Made by a program: the position numbers and the translations under genes
In this document: piece by piece, positions 34,924 through 47,460 of the stretch
Position numbering within the stretch: the first letter of the stretch is position 1
Layout: each line of letters starts with the position of its first letter
Notes under the pieces: model-generated
What the model saw: only the letters and a program-made list of their open reading frames with translations
Databases searched by the model: none
What the model was told of the DNA's origin: nothing
Source: Camelus ferus
Lineage: Eukaryota
DNA length: 64,000 bases
Direction of reading: 5' to 3'
Assembly: GCF_009834535.1 (NCBI RefSeq)
Contig: NC_045696.1
Coordinates: forward strand, 3,350,001-3,414,000

Positions 34924-36413
34924 GCTATGAGATAAAATCAATTTTCCCAGGTGCCAGGAAAGCACTAAGCACTAGAGAGTAGAAATTTACTAAATGGTAC
35001 CTTGTCACTTCAGAAGAGTTAATGGAACTTCTAAAACCACACCTGGCTGGCTCTCTCGGCGCAGGGTTTGAATTGGCTGAATCAGGCTGCAGGGTTCCAG
35101 AAAACCCTCAGCTCGGGCAGCAGACTGACGTTTTAAATGCAGGGGTACTGGCACTATCTTCCATGGCGGGGCTCGTGGGGTCCTGGGTGATGATCTGAAA
35201 ACTTCTTCCTCCCCAGTGGGCCATACAGCATGTTTCCCGAGGAGAGAACCCCCACCCGATTCCTGTTGGGGGCCGCCCGGATCCACTGACCTCTCTGTGC
35301 GAACTCGAGGTTAGGTGTGAGGTCCCTGCGCCCCTGTCAGCAGCTCTCCATACTGACTGGGCCCAGACAGACCCAGATGGGCTTTTTCCCTGGACCCTGA
35401 CCTAGAGAGGTCCCATTCCCTAGGCCCCCAGGACACTGGGAGTCCTGACCACTGACTCAGCTGGTCACCAGCGCTGCATCTTGCCAGGCCATTGTCCACA
35501 CGGCCAGAGGAGCCAGTCACTTTCCAAGGCAGCCCCTTGTCTCCCTGGCCACCACAGAGGGACATGGCTCTGAAAATGAGGCAACACTGCCCCAGACCCC
35601 ACATTCAGGCCAGCTCTGCCGCAGGGGACTGCAGGGCCTTGGACAAGTCACTGAGCTTCTCTGGGCCACAACCTCCCCACGTGTCAGTGAAGGAATTCAT
35701 CATGCTTGTCAAATAGTCACTGCCCAAGGCTCGGGCCAGGAGGCGGGGCTGGAGGGGAGGGGACAGAGCCCCAAGTCTCCTCCCTCCTCTGCCGCTGGCC
35801 ACTTCCTTTTCCACCAGAATCACTGGACAGGAAGCTCCTTGGCTAAAAGTAGTTCAAAAACCTCCACAGTACCTTCTCCTCAAAGGCCTTTCCAGTCTGT
35901 GGTGCAGCGAGTGGGGAAACTGAGAGCTATTCCGCAAGTGCCAGAGGACAGACAAAACCGGGAGAGCACTGGTGAGTGGCGGCGGGTGCTGGCTGGGGCT
36001 CTCTTTGGGCCTGAAATCCTGACAGCCTCATTCCGCAGTGACGTTCCCCCCCCCCCAACACACCATCAGCGAGCGCTCACCCCTACGAGCTACATAAAGA
36101 TGAAATGGGGTGATTGTTGAGCTTGATTGCGCATGTAAGAGAAAATTCTTTAGCTTTTAAAAAAAGGTTTATGTAGCTTTAAAATCTCTCTTGGAAATAA
36201 ATTCTTTCCTCTAATAGAAGATTAAAACTAGCTGGAAGGGGGGAATATTAATTTGGGGGGTTTATTTATTTATGTAGAAAATTCTTTAAAGCACCTTGTT
36301 AATGTTTTTATAATCCTTCCAACATTTCAAGGATCAGAAAATGAGAGGAAGCTCAGCAAAGCAGGGCAAGATCTCGAATGCTCTGATTGTCCTGAAGTCA
36401 AAATGCGAGAAGA

Positions 36414-36595
36414 TGAACAAGTGTCTTCTGTGCAGCGCAGGGAACTGTATTCAATATCCTGTAGTAACTCATCATGAAAAAGAATATGAAAGAGAATATA
36501 TGTGTGTTCATGTGTGACTGAAACATGCTGCTGCGCACGAGAAATGGACACCGCGTTGTAAACTGACTACACTTCAATTAAAAAAAATAGGGGAA
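36414..36595 (+). mobile_element. 5'-truncated L1 3' end with 14-bp TSD
   Basis: CAGGGAACTGTATTCAATATCCTGTAG...TTGTAAACTGACTACACTTCAATTAAAAAAAA; TSD AAAATGCGAGAAGA (36400-36413) / AAAATGCAAGAAGA (36596-36609). Confidence 0.88.
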
Positions 36596-37294
36596 AAAAT
36601 GCAAGAAGAGAGACAGTCCCACACTGTCATTTTCTGAGGACCCCTCAGTGGGCTTTGCCTCCTCCTGGGTTGCCCCACCACTTCTGCGAACTCTCAGGAT
36701 CAAACTTCTCAGCTGTAGGCATGATCCCACATCCCAGCCAGTTTCACCGTCCACACCGTCATGCCGGCCATGCGCCGGTGCAGCTGCAGAGAACTCCGCA
36801 CTTCGTGAAGCTGCTCTGGGCCTCGGTCTCCCCAGGGAGGTTGGGGGATCCCAGGTCTACAAGACTGGAGCCGCAGGCACCAGCCTTGCAGCCACTCTCC
36901 AGGCCAGCCAGAGCACGTCCCCAAAGTCATCCGCTCTCCATCCCCAGGCCCACCCCAGTCACACGTGTTCACAACACAAGCATCTCTGAGGCCTCCAGAC
37001 ACAGTGACATATCAGCACCACCCGCGAGGCGGAAAAGTCAGATTCCACCCTGAGTGAGCTTTTAAAGTCATGTCTCTATGAAACCAGCTTTGGAAATCCT
37101 TTCCTCTTCCTGCCTGGCGAGTTTTGACTGGGAGGTTGAGGGTGGAGGTGAGGACAGAGGGGAGGAACATGCGTGTAAGCAGTCAGGAGGCAACAGATCC
37201 ACCTGTCTGCCTGCTGGAACGTGTCCCATCCCTGCTCAGCATCTGTATTTCAGCCGTCTTGTCCTTCCTTCACCCAGTAAGGCAGCTGGGAAAC

Positions 37295-37400
37295 TAGTGA
37301 GTAACATTTGTTGAGCTCCTCCAAGCTCCAGGTGCTGCACTAAGGTTATTCGATGAATAGACATTGTTTTGGCTCTCAAGGACTTTATTGTCTAAGGCGG
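37295..37400 (-). mobile_element. L2 3' end fragment
   Basis: AACATTTGTTGAGCTCCT...CCAGGTGCTGCACTAAG...GCTCTCAAGGACTTTATTGTCTA. Confidence 0.6.
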
Positions 37401-39861
37401 GAGAAGGACAAATAAATAACAACAGCATAAAAATGCTGCCACCACAGCACACGCAGCATGCTCTGGAGGCGGGAGGAAGGAGCGATGCCCTTGTGTTAGT
37501 CTGACATTTTGTGTTAATAATGTTTTTATTTGAAATGTATTTTTTTTCTTTAAATTGTGATTTTTAAAAGATCTGCTTTCAAAAAGGACGACCACTTATT
37601 TTTTGTGGGATTCCTAATGTGTGTCAAAGTGAAATGTATGGAAACACCATGACAAAGGAAGGGTTGGGGAAAGGAGAGCACGCAGCTACAGGCACAAGGT
37701 TCTACACTCTAGGAGAAGCGGTGCAGTGTTATCTGAAGGTTAGACAGTGACAGGTTAGCATGAAACTAAAAACAATAGCGTGACCACGAAGCAGCAAGAC
37801 AGGGGAGCACAGCTCATAAGCCAGCAGTGGGGGGCGGGTGACATTCTGAAAAGTGCTTAATTAAAATGCATGTTACATGTAGTTTACCACAATGTAAAAA
37901 AATACTCAATGATCCAACTCAGTTGGATCCAAATAAGGGAAGAAAAAAGGAAAAGGGAACAAGACGATAGATTTAAACCCAACCATAACTCAGTTATAAG
38001 GGATGAAACATTCCAATGAAAAGGCACATATTGTCAAAGTGGATCAAAAGGCAGAACTTAAATGTGTGTGTCTACAAGAAACCCATTTTAAATAATACAT
38101 GGATGGATTAAAGGTAAAGGAATAGAAAAAAATATACCATGTATACATGAGGCATCAGGTTAATGGGACCAGCCATGTTAATATAGACGAAACAGACTCC
38201 AGAACAAGGGCTACCACCAGGCGTGAAGGGTGCAATTGCAGAATGATCGTGGAATGAGTTCATCATGAGGAAGCAACAGTCCTAAATGTGTACACATCGC
38301 GCCACAGAGCTTCAAGAACACGTAAAGGAAAAGCTGACGGTTCTAAAGGGAAACATAGAGAAAGCAGCAATTATAGTTGGACATCTAAGTGCTTCTCTGG
38401 CAATCATTGATAGAACAAGTAGAGACAAAATGAGCGGCAATATCAGTAACACAGCACCCACCCACCTGCCCTGCTGACTGTTACAGACACTCCACCCAGC
38501 AAGTGCAATGTGCATTCTTTCCAAGTACACACGGAACAATCGTCCAGAGGGGCCACGTGCCAGCCCATAAATAAGTCAGAATAAATGGCGAGTGGTTCAA
38601 ATTATGTAATGTCTGTTCTTTGACCATAAAAGAATTGAACTAGAAACCAATAACATAAAAGTTATGTGGTAAACCTCCTAAATATCTGGAAATGTGACAC
38701 TTCTAAACAGCCCATGGGCCAAAGAAAAACTCGCAAAGGAAATCAGAAAATGTTTTAAATGAAATGAAGATGCAATCATAACATACCAAATGCAGCTAAC
38801 ACATCATACGCAGCTAAATTAGCACCTAAAGGGAAATGTATAGTTTTCAATGCTTAATATAAGAAAAGAACAAAGGCCTCAAATAACTGATCTAAGTTTG
38901 CAAGTCAAGACTCTAGGAAGACAACAGTGAATTAAACCCAAGTTAAAAAGGAAGGAAATAATAGGTGGAAATCAATGAACCACAAATCAACAAAGAACAG
39001 AAAATTTAAAGAAAGCATAGCTAAGTTCTTTGAAGAGGTCAATATAATTGATAAATCTCTAGCCAGAAAAACCAGAAACAAAAAAGAGAAAAGACATAAA
39101 TCACCAATGCTAGGAATTATAAGGAAGACATCACTGTAGACACTACAAACATTAAAACAGCAAAGGAATGTCATGAACGACTTATGCCAATACATGGGAC
39201 AAGTTACTTGAACAAATTTTGCAAAACACAAATTACTAAAATAAATGAATAACATGAATATTCCTGTATTTAGTAAGGAACTTGAATTTGTAGTTAAAAG
39301 CTTTTCCTCAAAGAAAACTCTAATCCCAGATGGCTTCAATGGTGAATTCTACTACTCATTGCTTTTCCTACTAAACATTTTGGGTAGAAATACTATTAAT
39401 TCTATAGAAACTCTCTCAAAAATTCCTAGCTGCCTTTTCTTGTAGAAATTAAGCTGTTTATAAAATGTCGTAAAGAAATGCAAAACACCTAGATCAGCCA
39501 AAAAAATTTTAAATAAATGAAATCAGAGGACTTACACTAGAAAACCACTGTGATTAGGCACTGCCGTTGTGTTGATGTGAAGACAGACATACAGACTCAT
39601 GGAGCAGAATGGAGAATCCAGCAATACACCCTCACACATTCATTCAGTTAATTTTCAACAAAGATACCAAGGAAATTCAATGGGGGAAGGGACAGTCTTT
39701 CCAGCAAGCGGTTCTGGGACATTATGTCCATATGAGGGGGGAGAAATGAACCTCAGATCTTACCCTGAGTCATGTTTATTGGGTGTGCACTTAAAATGAG
39801 TGTATTGTTGGCTATGTAAATTACCTCACTATAGTTAAATTTTTAAAGAGCTTGTTTATTT

Positions 39862-40030
39862 GTTTAATTAGTTAGTTATTTTAATTGAAGTACCATCAGT
39901 TACAACGTGTCAATTTCTGGCGCACAGCACAACGTCCCAGTCATGCATGTGCATACATGTATTTGTTTTCATATTCTTTTTCATTAAAGGTTATTACAAG
40001 ATATTGAACATTGTTCCCTGTACTGTACAA
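39862..40030 (-). mobile_element. 5'-truncated L1 3' end (camelid-type), reverse orientation
   Basis: TTTTAATTGAAGTA...GTTACAACGTGTC...TTCATATTCTTTTTCAT...TACAAGATATTGAACATTGTTCCCTGT; near-TSD AGCTTGTTTATTT / AGCTGTTTATTT. Confidence 0.82.
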
Positions 40031-41046
40031 AAGCTGTTTATTTTTAACTAACAGTGCCAGGATTAAGAAACAGTCATCATATTGAATCCTTAGTCTCATG
40101 GGACTAAGCAAATAAATGTTGATACACAAATATTTACCTGGCAAAAATCCATCTAATATTTCACTTGACAAAGGAAAATACATGAAGGTCTAAAAAGAAC
40201 CTGAAAAAACGTTCATCATTAGTAACTGGGAAAACTCAAATAAATCACAAAATATCACTACACATGCACCAGAATGGCTAAAATTTAAAACAATGGCAAC
40301 CCGAGCTGTTGGTACAGTCGTGGGACAATGAGAACTCTCATTCACTGGGAGGTGGAATGGTCCAACCACTTTGGGAAAATGAGTGACAGTGTCTTATAAA
40401 ATCAAATATACACCCACTGCATGAGCCAGACTCCCACTCTTAGGGACGTACCCGAGAGAAGTAAAAGCATCAGAAGGATCATACAAGACAGTCGCTTTAT
40501 CCATCCTAGCCAAACACCGCAGTCAGCCTGGGAGCCTGGCATCAGGCAGATGAATAAACAAATGGTGTATCTTCATACAGTGGAGTGACGCTCTTCAGGA
40601 AAAAGCCCTGCACCCCAGTACATGCAACAGTGTGACCCTCAGAATATTATGTGGAGGGAAAGACCCTTACACATGAGCACAGGTTGTGCAGTTACATTTA
40701 TGTGCTGGTCTAGAACGGGCAAAACGATCTATAGTGAAAGAAAAACCAGAACTGGGTTGCCTCAGTGGCCGGGTAGGGCCTGGTAAAGGCCTCGAGGGAA
40801 CTTCCTCGGTTTTGATAGAAGTTTGGATTAGACTTAAATTTTATACATTTTGCTGCTTATAAATTTTATCTTAAAAAAACCCAAAACTAATAATGGACTC
40901 TAATGAATGATATGCAGCTGAAGCATTTAAACAGTGAACTGTACTGATGTCTACAACTTAAAACAGTCTGCATTAATACTGGATAGAGGGATACACAGAT
41001 GTGTGATGGAGCAATGACAAAAAGATGTTAATTTTAGAGTCTGGGG

Positions 41047-41375
41047 CCGGGGTCGGTAAACTTTCTCTGTAAAGGTCAAGACAGTGAGTATTTTAGACTT
41101 TCTGGGCTGTACGGACACACTCAGTGTGTCCACTGGTGCAAGAAACCAGCCATAGACAATATGGAAGTGAATACATGGGCTTGTGTCCCCATATAATTTT
41201 ATTGAGGGATGCTGACCTTTGAATTTCACATAATTTTCCTGTGTCACAAGATATCTTTTCTTCTTTTGATTGCTTTTCAGCCATTTAAAAACATAAAGCT
41301 ATTCTTAGCTCGCAGGTCCTATGACAACAAGCAGTGGTAAGATTTGACCCGCAGACTGTAGGTGGCTGAGCCCTG
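41047..41375 (+). mobile_element. MER58B-like hAT-Charlie non-autonomous DNA transposon
   Basis: CCGGGGTCGGTAAACTTTCTCTGTAAAGGTCAAGACAGTGAGTATTTTAGACTTT...GTAGGTGGCTGAGCCCTG; about 330 bp; imperfect terminal inverted repeats; inserted in the L1 3'UTR. Confidence 0.8.
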
Positions 41376-43547
41376 ATCTAAGGGGTGGGTATATAAATGT
41401 TCATTGTATAATTTTTTCAACTTTCCTGTGTATTCAAAACTTTTTCATAGTAAAATATTGGGGAAAATACAAAAGAAAAAAATGGTGACGTGCTTAAGTC
41501 TCCTGCTAGCACTGCGATCCTGTGTCCACATCACCGTGTCACCTGTAGGAGTCTTACTCTGTACACGCTGAAACCTGTGGTGTGTAGTGCATGTGTTCAC
41601 GACTGGGACACGTAGGTTGTGCACTGCATTCTTGGTTATTTTAAAGAGCCCTTCTCGGTCTTGCTTAATGCTTACCTACCTAAACTCCGTCTCACCTGAC
41701 GTAGCCTATCTGTCCCTGTGTCTGAACCTCTGGGTTTAGGAGAGCTTCTTGGATCAGGCACAGAATTGGGGTTTTAATTTTTAAATTTATTCCATTTATA
41801 TTTAATGACCTGACATGTGTTTGATCCTAGTTCTCTTGTACTTGTGTAGGTTATTTTTTCTTTTTTTATAATAAGAAGATGGGACACCCACACGCAGCCC
41901 CCTAGCAGTGTGGGTTGCCAGGGGACCCCTCACTCAGTCCCCCACGTGCAGCTTCTCAGAACTGCGCCTGCACACGGACCTCCCCTCCCGCCCCTGTGCG
42001 AGGTCTCGCCTCCACCACGTGTGTTTCAGTAGAGATGGACTCTGGACTTCTGCCCTCTTTTCTCTTGTCCTTCCCGGCTCTTCCCGGAGGGCAGAGGGGA
42101 CGCTGCCTCTGACCACTGGTTTTAAACCAGAAGACTTACAGTGCGTTTTGAAAGGGTATCAGCTCTAACCACTGTTTACATTTTACTGCACTTTTTTAAG
42201 GGAATAAGAAAGACTGTTTTCCTTACTCAGAGAACATCTAAAACCTCTTTTTGTGTTGCTGCTTGAGTTGTTAAAACACGGGAGTCTGTAGGTTAGAAAT
42301 GATAAGGTTGGTGAGTAAATCCAATTTTCAATAATGAACGAAATATGAGTAAATACAGTTTCTCAGCACAAATGAGTAAGACAGTCATAAGTCTCCGGGT
42401 TAGAAGTGAGATGACATATAGACCATTGTAGTTTAAACAGAGTCTCCCGGGGAAGCTTCCTGCTCAGAGGGGCTCTGCTTTGCAGCAAGATGCAGGCTGA
42501 GTGTGGGTTTCGTCTCAAGTTCAATCCCAGGGAGCCAGAGTTCTTTTTGATTCTCAATCTGTGCACTTTCCTGCTTGTCACACAACATCAGACAGCATCC
42601 ATCCCACGTGAAAACACGTGTTCACCGCCTCTTCACCCAAGGTTCTCATCTGAGTGTCACGGCCGGTGGCCTCTGGTCTCACCTGTAATTCTGCTCGACA
42701 CTAAACCGAGGTCTTGGGAGCTGAGCCAGCCAGGCTCTTTCCCTCCTCTGGCCACATCACCTTGCCTTCGGAGGGCTGCCCGTGACCGCTGCCTGCTGTG
42801 TGCAGGCCTAGAGGCCGTCCATCGTGGAGTGCTGGCTGGGGCTTGGACACAGATCAGGCCAGTGGGCCCTGGAGCCTGGGACCCTGACCAGCGTGACGGG
42901 GGCGGGCGCCATTCCTCCCAGGGCAGCGGCCAGACCCCTGGGGCCGCCTGGATGCTGCCCTTTCTGAGCTTTATTCTTTGGCTGTTCCACTAGGTCTGTG
43001 AGTCTCCACGTTGTCCTGACTGGCCTGGCTGATTGCCAGCTCCGACCTGGTACACAGGGGCCCACAACAAACACGAGGGCCGGCCATCAGGGGTGCCCCC
43101 AGGGGAGCAGTGGCCAGGTTTTCTATTAGGAAAAAGATGGCTCAGAAGCCAAGGACCAGAAGGTGGGGCATGGCCACAGGAGGAGAGGCAGGGCAGAGAG
43201 GTGTGGCGGAGGACTAGAGGCTGGCGTTGGGGAAAGTGGATAGGCATGCATGAGATCTTTCTGGACGATTCCTCACAGCTGCAAGGGTGCCTACAACTAT
43301 CTCAAAATAGAAACGCTTTTCTAAATAACAGGAGGTCCCTGTCCTCCATCATTCACGGCCTGCAACACTGCCCAGCCCCTCTCTGAGCTGTGACCTCTCG
43401 TCTCCTGCGCTGGGACCGGGGCCACGGGCACGTCTGCACACCTGGCTTCCCCTCATCCAGCTGGCACCTCCGTTTCTCTCTTGTTCCTCCTCCTCCCCCG
43501 CCCCCTGGCCTCTCAGTTCTGAAGCTGGCAGGGCCCCTGCTCCTGCC

Positions 43548-43612
43548 ATCACCCAGAAATTGCCCCACCACCCAGGAATCGCCCCATCACCTCGGAATCG
43601 CCCCATCACCTC
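43548..43612. repeat. 19-bp tandem repeat, about 3.5 copies
   Basis: ATCACC(C/T)NGGAATCGCCCC units. Confidence 0.7.
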
Positions 43613-45971
43613 CACTACCCCTCAGCGCCTCTCCCCTCTCCTCCTCCCCGCTTCCCACCGCAAACCTGCTCCTCGCCCTGGCCCTGCAGGCTGCAATAAA
43701 ACCTGCCTTTAAACCAGGAGTATCTCTAGCAGCTGGTTTCTCCTTTGCCTTTCACTGCCAGACTCCCTGAGACTCAATCCCCCTGCCTGAAGGTCCTCAC
43801 TCTAACCCAGCCTCCTGGACCTGCCTCCCTCGGCTCAAGGCTCCTCTGTTCCACCTTCACTGCAACATCCCCTTTCCCGCCCCTCCCCCACTCCTCCTCC
43901 CCCCCATCTTTGCCCTCCCTGCCCCTCCCTCCATCTCTTCTCCCCACTCTGTCCCCTCCTCAGTCTTCATTTTTTCATCTGAAAAGCAAACGGGGTAATA
44001 GCGCCCTTCCCCCAGAGACTAGTGGATGGCGGGTGTTACAACCGCAAGTATCTTGAAAACTCAAAGGGGTGATGTTTGGCGGTGTTTACACCAACAGGAG
44101 CAGCCTTGTGCGAGGGAGGTGGCAGTTAAACTGACATGTCCTGGCCGCTGGGGCTGGTGTGCGTGCCTGTGTGTGTGACGTGTGGCCAGCTGGGGTAGGA
44201 TAAACAAGGACGGGGAACCCTTGCCGGGGCCTTGTGGTTATCTCAAGCCCATCACCTCTCCGGCTAGAAGCAAAGCTAGTTGTTTGCGAAGTCAGTGAAA
44301 ACTCTGGCCCTGCTGCAGACAGAGCTGCTCCCAGAGCACGTTCGCCCCTAGTTACTGCCCTGAATTTCTTTGGATCGTAAGAGAACGTAGTGCGTTGTGG
44401 CCGCAGTAACCCTGCCCGGTCCCGGGGACTGTGCGGGAATGCGGGAGGACCCCGCAGCCAGGCAGAGCGCCCTGGTGCTGAGGCTCCATGCCTGTGACCG
44501 GCAGGTCTGCCCTTTGTCAGGCGCCTCACACACCACTTGCCTCGCTGCTGGGCCGGCATCGCATGGGTGTGTCCTGATGTGAGGACGGAGGGCAGGGAGG
44601 CCCACAGCTGGGAGGGGCCTCGGGGACCCGGTGGTCCTGCTTCCTGCTCCTCCTTCCCAGGTGGGTGCCTCCACCTGGGGTTGGGCAGGACTGGAGAAGA
44701 GCCCCCCACGGGCGCCCTAAGGAGCCTCCAGCCTCATGCCAGGCGGGTAACTTGCCAACAGCATCAAGTATTCTAAGACCATGGTCAGGGAGTCTTCTGC
44801 GGTGGGCTCAGAGCCGGGGTCTATGAGGCCATTCTGGCGTTGACATTCACCAGGGACAAACCTCAGTCTCCCATCTGTAAAATGGGCGATCCTGAGGGTC
44901 ACCCAGGCGGGCTTGCATGGAAGGAAGGGGCCCAGCCAGCACCTGGCATCCAGTCCCGCCGAGTCACTGCCACCTGACTTAGCGTCTCTCCTGGGATCCC
45001 ATCTGGTCTCTCCTCCACCTCCACCTGTCATCCCACCCGCCAGGAAATACACAGCAGCACGAAGCAGGGGAGGCCTTGCTGCCTTCATCACCTCCCGCCA
45101 CTGGTGGGGGCAGGGAGGGGCCCAGGAGGGGCCCGCCCACCTGGACGGCCTCCGGGATGGTGGCACGAGGGGCTCCGGGGAGCTTTCTCCCCTTTAACTG
45201 CCTCACTTTGCTCCAGTTGATCCTCTGAGCTCACCTGGCCAGGATCTCGGCGCCCGGGATCCCCTGGGAGGATGCTAATCTGCCCTAAGCCCTGGCATCC
45301 GTGTCCTCTGTGGATCTGCGTAAAGAACCTCTTTGTCAGGGATGTCAGCAGGCTGAGGAAGGGTAGGGTTTGGGGGACGGCATGGGGGTGGGGGTGGGGC
45401 TCCGTCCCCTCATTCTCCCCAACATGCCCAGAAGACCCTGTCTGCTAAGAACCAGCTCCTTTCATGACCGTGTCTGCACCAGGGGTCCCTGTTCCCTCTT
45501 CTACCTCCTCCTGTGTCCTGGGAGAGTCTCCGAGGCCTCCCCCGTTGAGCACAAGCCCCGCTCCGTACGTGGATGTGCTGCCATTCCACCGATGGGTGCG
45601 TGTTGAGCCCCTGCCATGTCAGAACCGTTCTGGGTTCAGAGGCCAAGACAGAGAGGTGAGTCTGGCTCCGGGGTTGGGGCGGTGGGTGATGTGAGCTGAG
45701 ACGGGAGAAGCGGGGCCAGTCAGCACACAGCACCGGCCCTCCCCCCAGCCCAGGCCCGGACAGCCTCCCGGGGGAAGTGGCTCCTGTGCAGGGCCTGAAG
45801 GAGCAGCAGGGCCAGCGGGCAGTGGGCCAGCAGTGGAGTGGGAGGGGTCAGGCCACACTGAGCAAATAGCATGTGTCCAGCAGGGAGGATTCTGGAAAAC
45901 GTGAGAGGCTCAGAGCGCAAGACCACGGGGCCCAGGGTTCTGGGAGGTGAGGCGGGGGCAGGAGGCACAGG

Positions 45972-46706
45972 CAGGGATGTGCTGGTAAGAGGTTAGTAAC
46001 CAGCCCTCTGCAGAAGCAGCACGTGCATTTGTATGTGTGTGCACGTCAGTTTATTCCTCACTCTGCTGACGTAAGGGAGGTTTCGTGCACAGCTTACAAG
46101 TAACGATGGAAGACACGGTGCTTTTTATTGTAAGGTCCCTCTCCCCAGCTGAATGCTTTTGTTGATTTTTGCCAAACTCTTGTATTTGTAGCCAGTCTAT
46201 AGCTGTGGTTCAATCACAATCGGACAATTTTTTGTGCTATTCACAACATCAAAGTTACAAACACAACACCACGGTTACAAACACAACACACTCTGAAGTC
46301 AGTCTGCATGATTAATAGTTTCTCCACCACATTCTAAAGACTAAACAATCAGCAGCAAAAAACATACCGAGCCCTGATTTATAGCGTTTGCTGAATTCCA
46401 CGATGTCAACATCCCCACGGCTAATTTGAAGCTGCCACCGTGATGTCGCTGAATACAGTTGGGAAGAGAAGCGTAGAGGGCGTGTGAGCTAGGGTTTCTG
46501 CCTCTCAGATGCAGTAGAGGCAAAGGACCGAGAGAACAGAGGTGACTGTGACACGCAGTAAAGTAATTAGGAAGTGACGGGCTTGGAGCATTTGTTACCT
46601 CTGTGTTAATATAATTTATTTAACTGTCCATTTCTATAGGGTATTAATAGCAGCTGTTTAACACTCAGCTCTCACAAGCCAGTCTAAGCCAGCCCAGCAC
46701 CACCCC
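45972..46706 (+). mobile_element. Arthur1-like (hAT-Tip100) DNA transposon relic
   Basis: 5' CAGGGATGTGCTGGTAAGAGGTTAGTAACCAGCCCTC and 3' TTTAACACTCAGCTCTCACAAGCCAGTCTAAGCCAGCCCAGCACCACC match the recalled Arthur1 termini; AT-rich interior. Confidence 0.7.
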
Positions 46707-46789
46707 CACCCCAGGTAGAGACTGGACCTTGGAGGGACGGCCAGTCCCGGCTACAGAGGGAAAGGTGGCCATGAAGGACACAGCGCTGA

Positions 46790-47243
46790 GGCATCTCTCC
46801 GGGTCCTCGTCCTGGAGCCCGGGACTGCATTGCTTCACGTGGTGAAGGGGCTGAGGGTAGCAGATGGAACTGAAGTTGCTAATCAGCTGGCCTTAAAGCA
46901 GGGAGATTACTCTGGACTGTCCGGGCGGGCCCGGAGCAATCACTAGGGTCCTTGAACGTGGCAGCGGGAGGTGGCAGAGACGCTCAGAGATGTGAAGACC
47001 CTGCCATCTGTCCTTGAATGTGGAGGGAGGGCCCGAGCCCGGAGCCCAGGGTGCCCCGTTTCCGGAAAAGGCAAGAGACAAAGTCTCCCTTGGAGCCTCA
47101 GGAGGGACCAGTCCTGCCAACACCTTGGTGTGAGTCTGGAGAGACGCGTGTCAGACTTCGAAGCCCCAGACACGGAGGATGATCAGTTCGTCGTTTTTAA
47201 CGCTGTTTGTGGCGGTGTGTTACAGCCACAGGAAACTCGTGTG
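46790..47243 (+). mobile_element. MaLR LTR (MLT1D-like)
   Basis: GCAGATGGAACTGAAGTTGCTAATCAGCTGGCCTTAAAGCAGGGAGATTACTCTGGA...GGAAAAGGCAAGAGACA...CCTGCCAACACCTTG...GTTACAGCCACAGGAAACT. Confidence 0.82.
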
Positions 47244-47339
47244 CAGCCCTCTGTTTCTAGCTCCTGTTCTGTGACCCCTGTGAACGGCCAGGTTGGGTCA
47301 CAGGTGAGGGTTGGGGCTGACCCACTGGGGGCCTTGGGC

Positions 47340-47460
47340 AGGACCTAGCCTCTGAAAGAGGACTCAGGACAGCAGTACTGATCGTGTTGGGTCGTGATGA
47401 GGATTAAACAGGATCCTGGACACAAAGGGCTCAGTGTGCGGGACGCTCTGCCTGCCGTGA
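47340..47460 (+). mobile_element. MIR fragment
   Basis: GGGTCGTGATGAGGATTAAACAGGAT...AAAGGGCTCAG. Confidence 0.5.

Larger units (their letters stand above)
37600..41470 (+). mobile_element. Ancient L1 (L1ME-like) ORF2 and 3'UTR remnants, possibly more than one element
   Basis: Peptides LKGNIEKAAIIVGHLSASLAIIDRTSR and KELEFVVKSFSSKKTLIPDGFNGEFY; L1ME-type 3' end TTTTTTCAACTTTCCTGTGTATTCAAAACTTTTTCATAGTAAAATATTGGGG. Confidence 0.8.
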
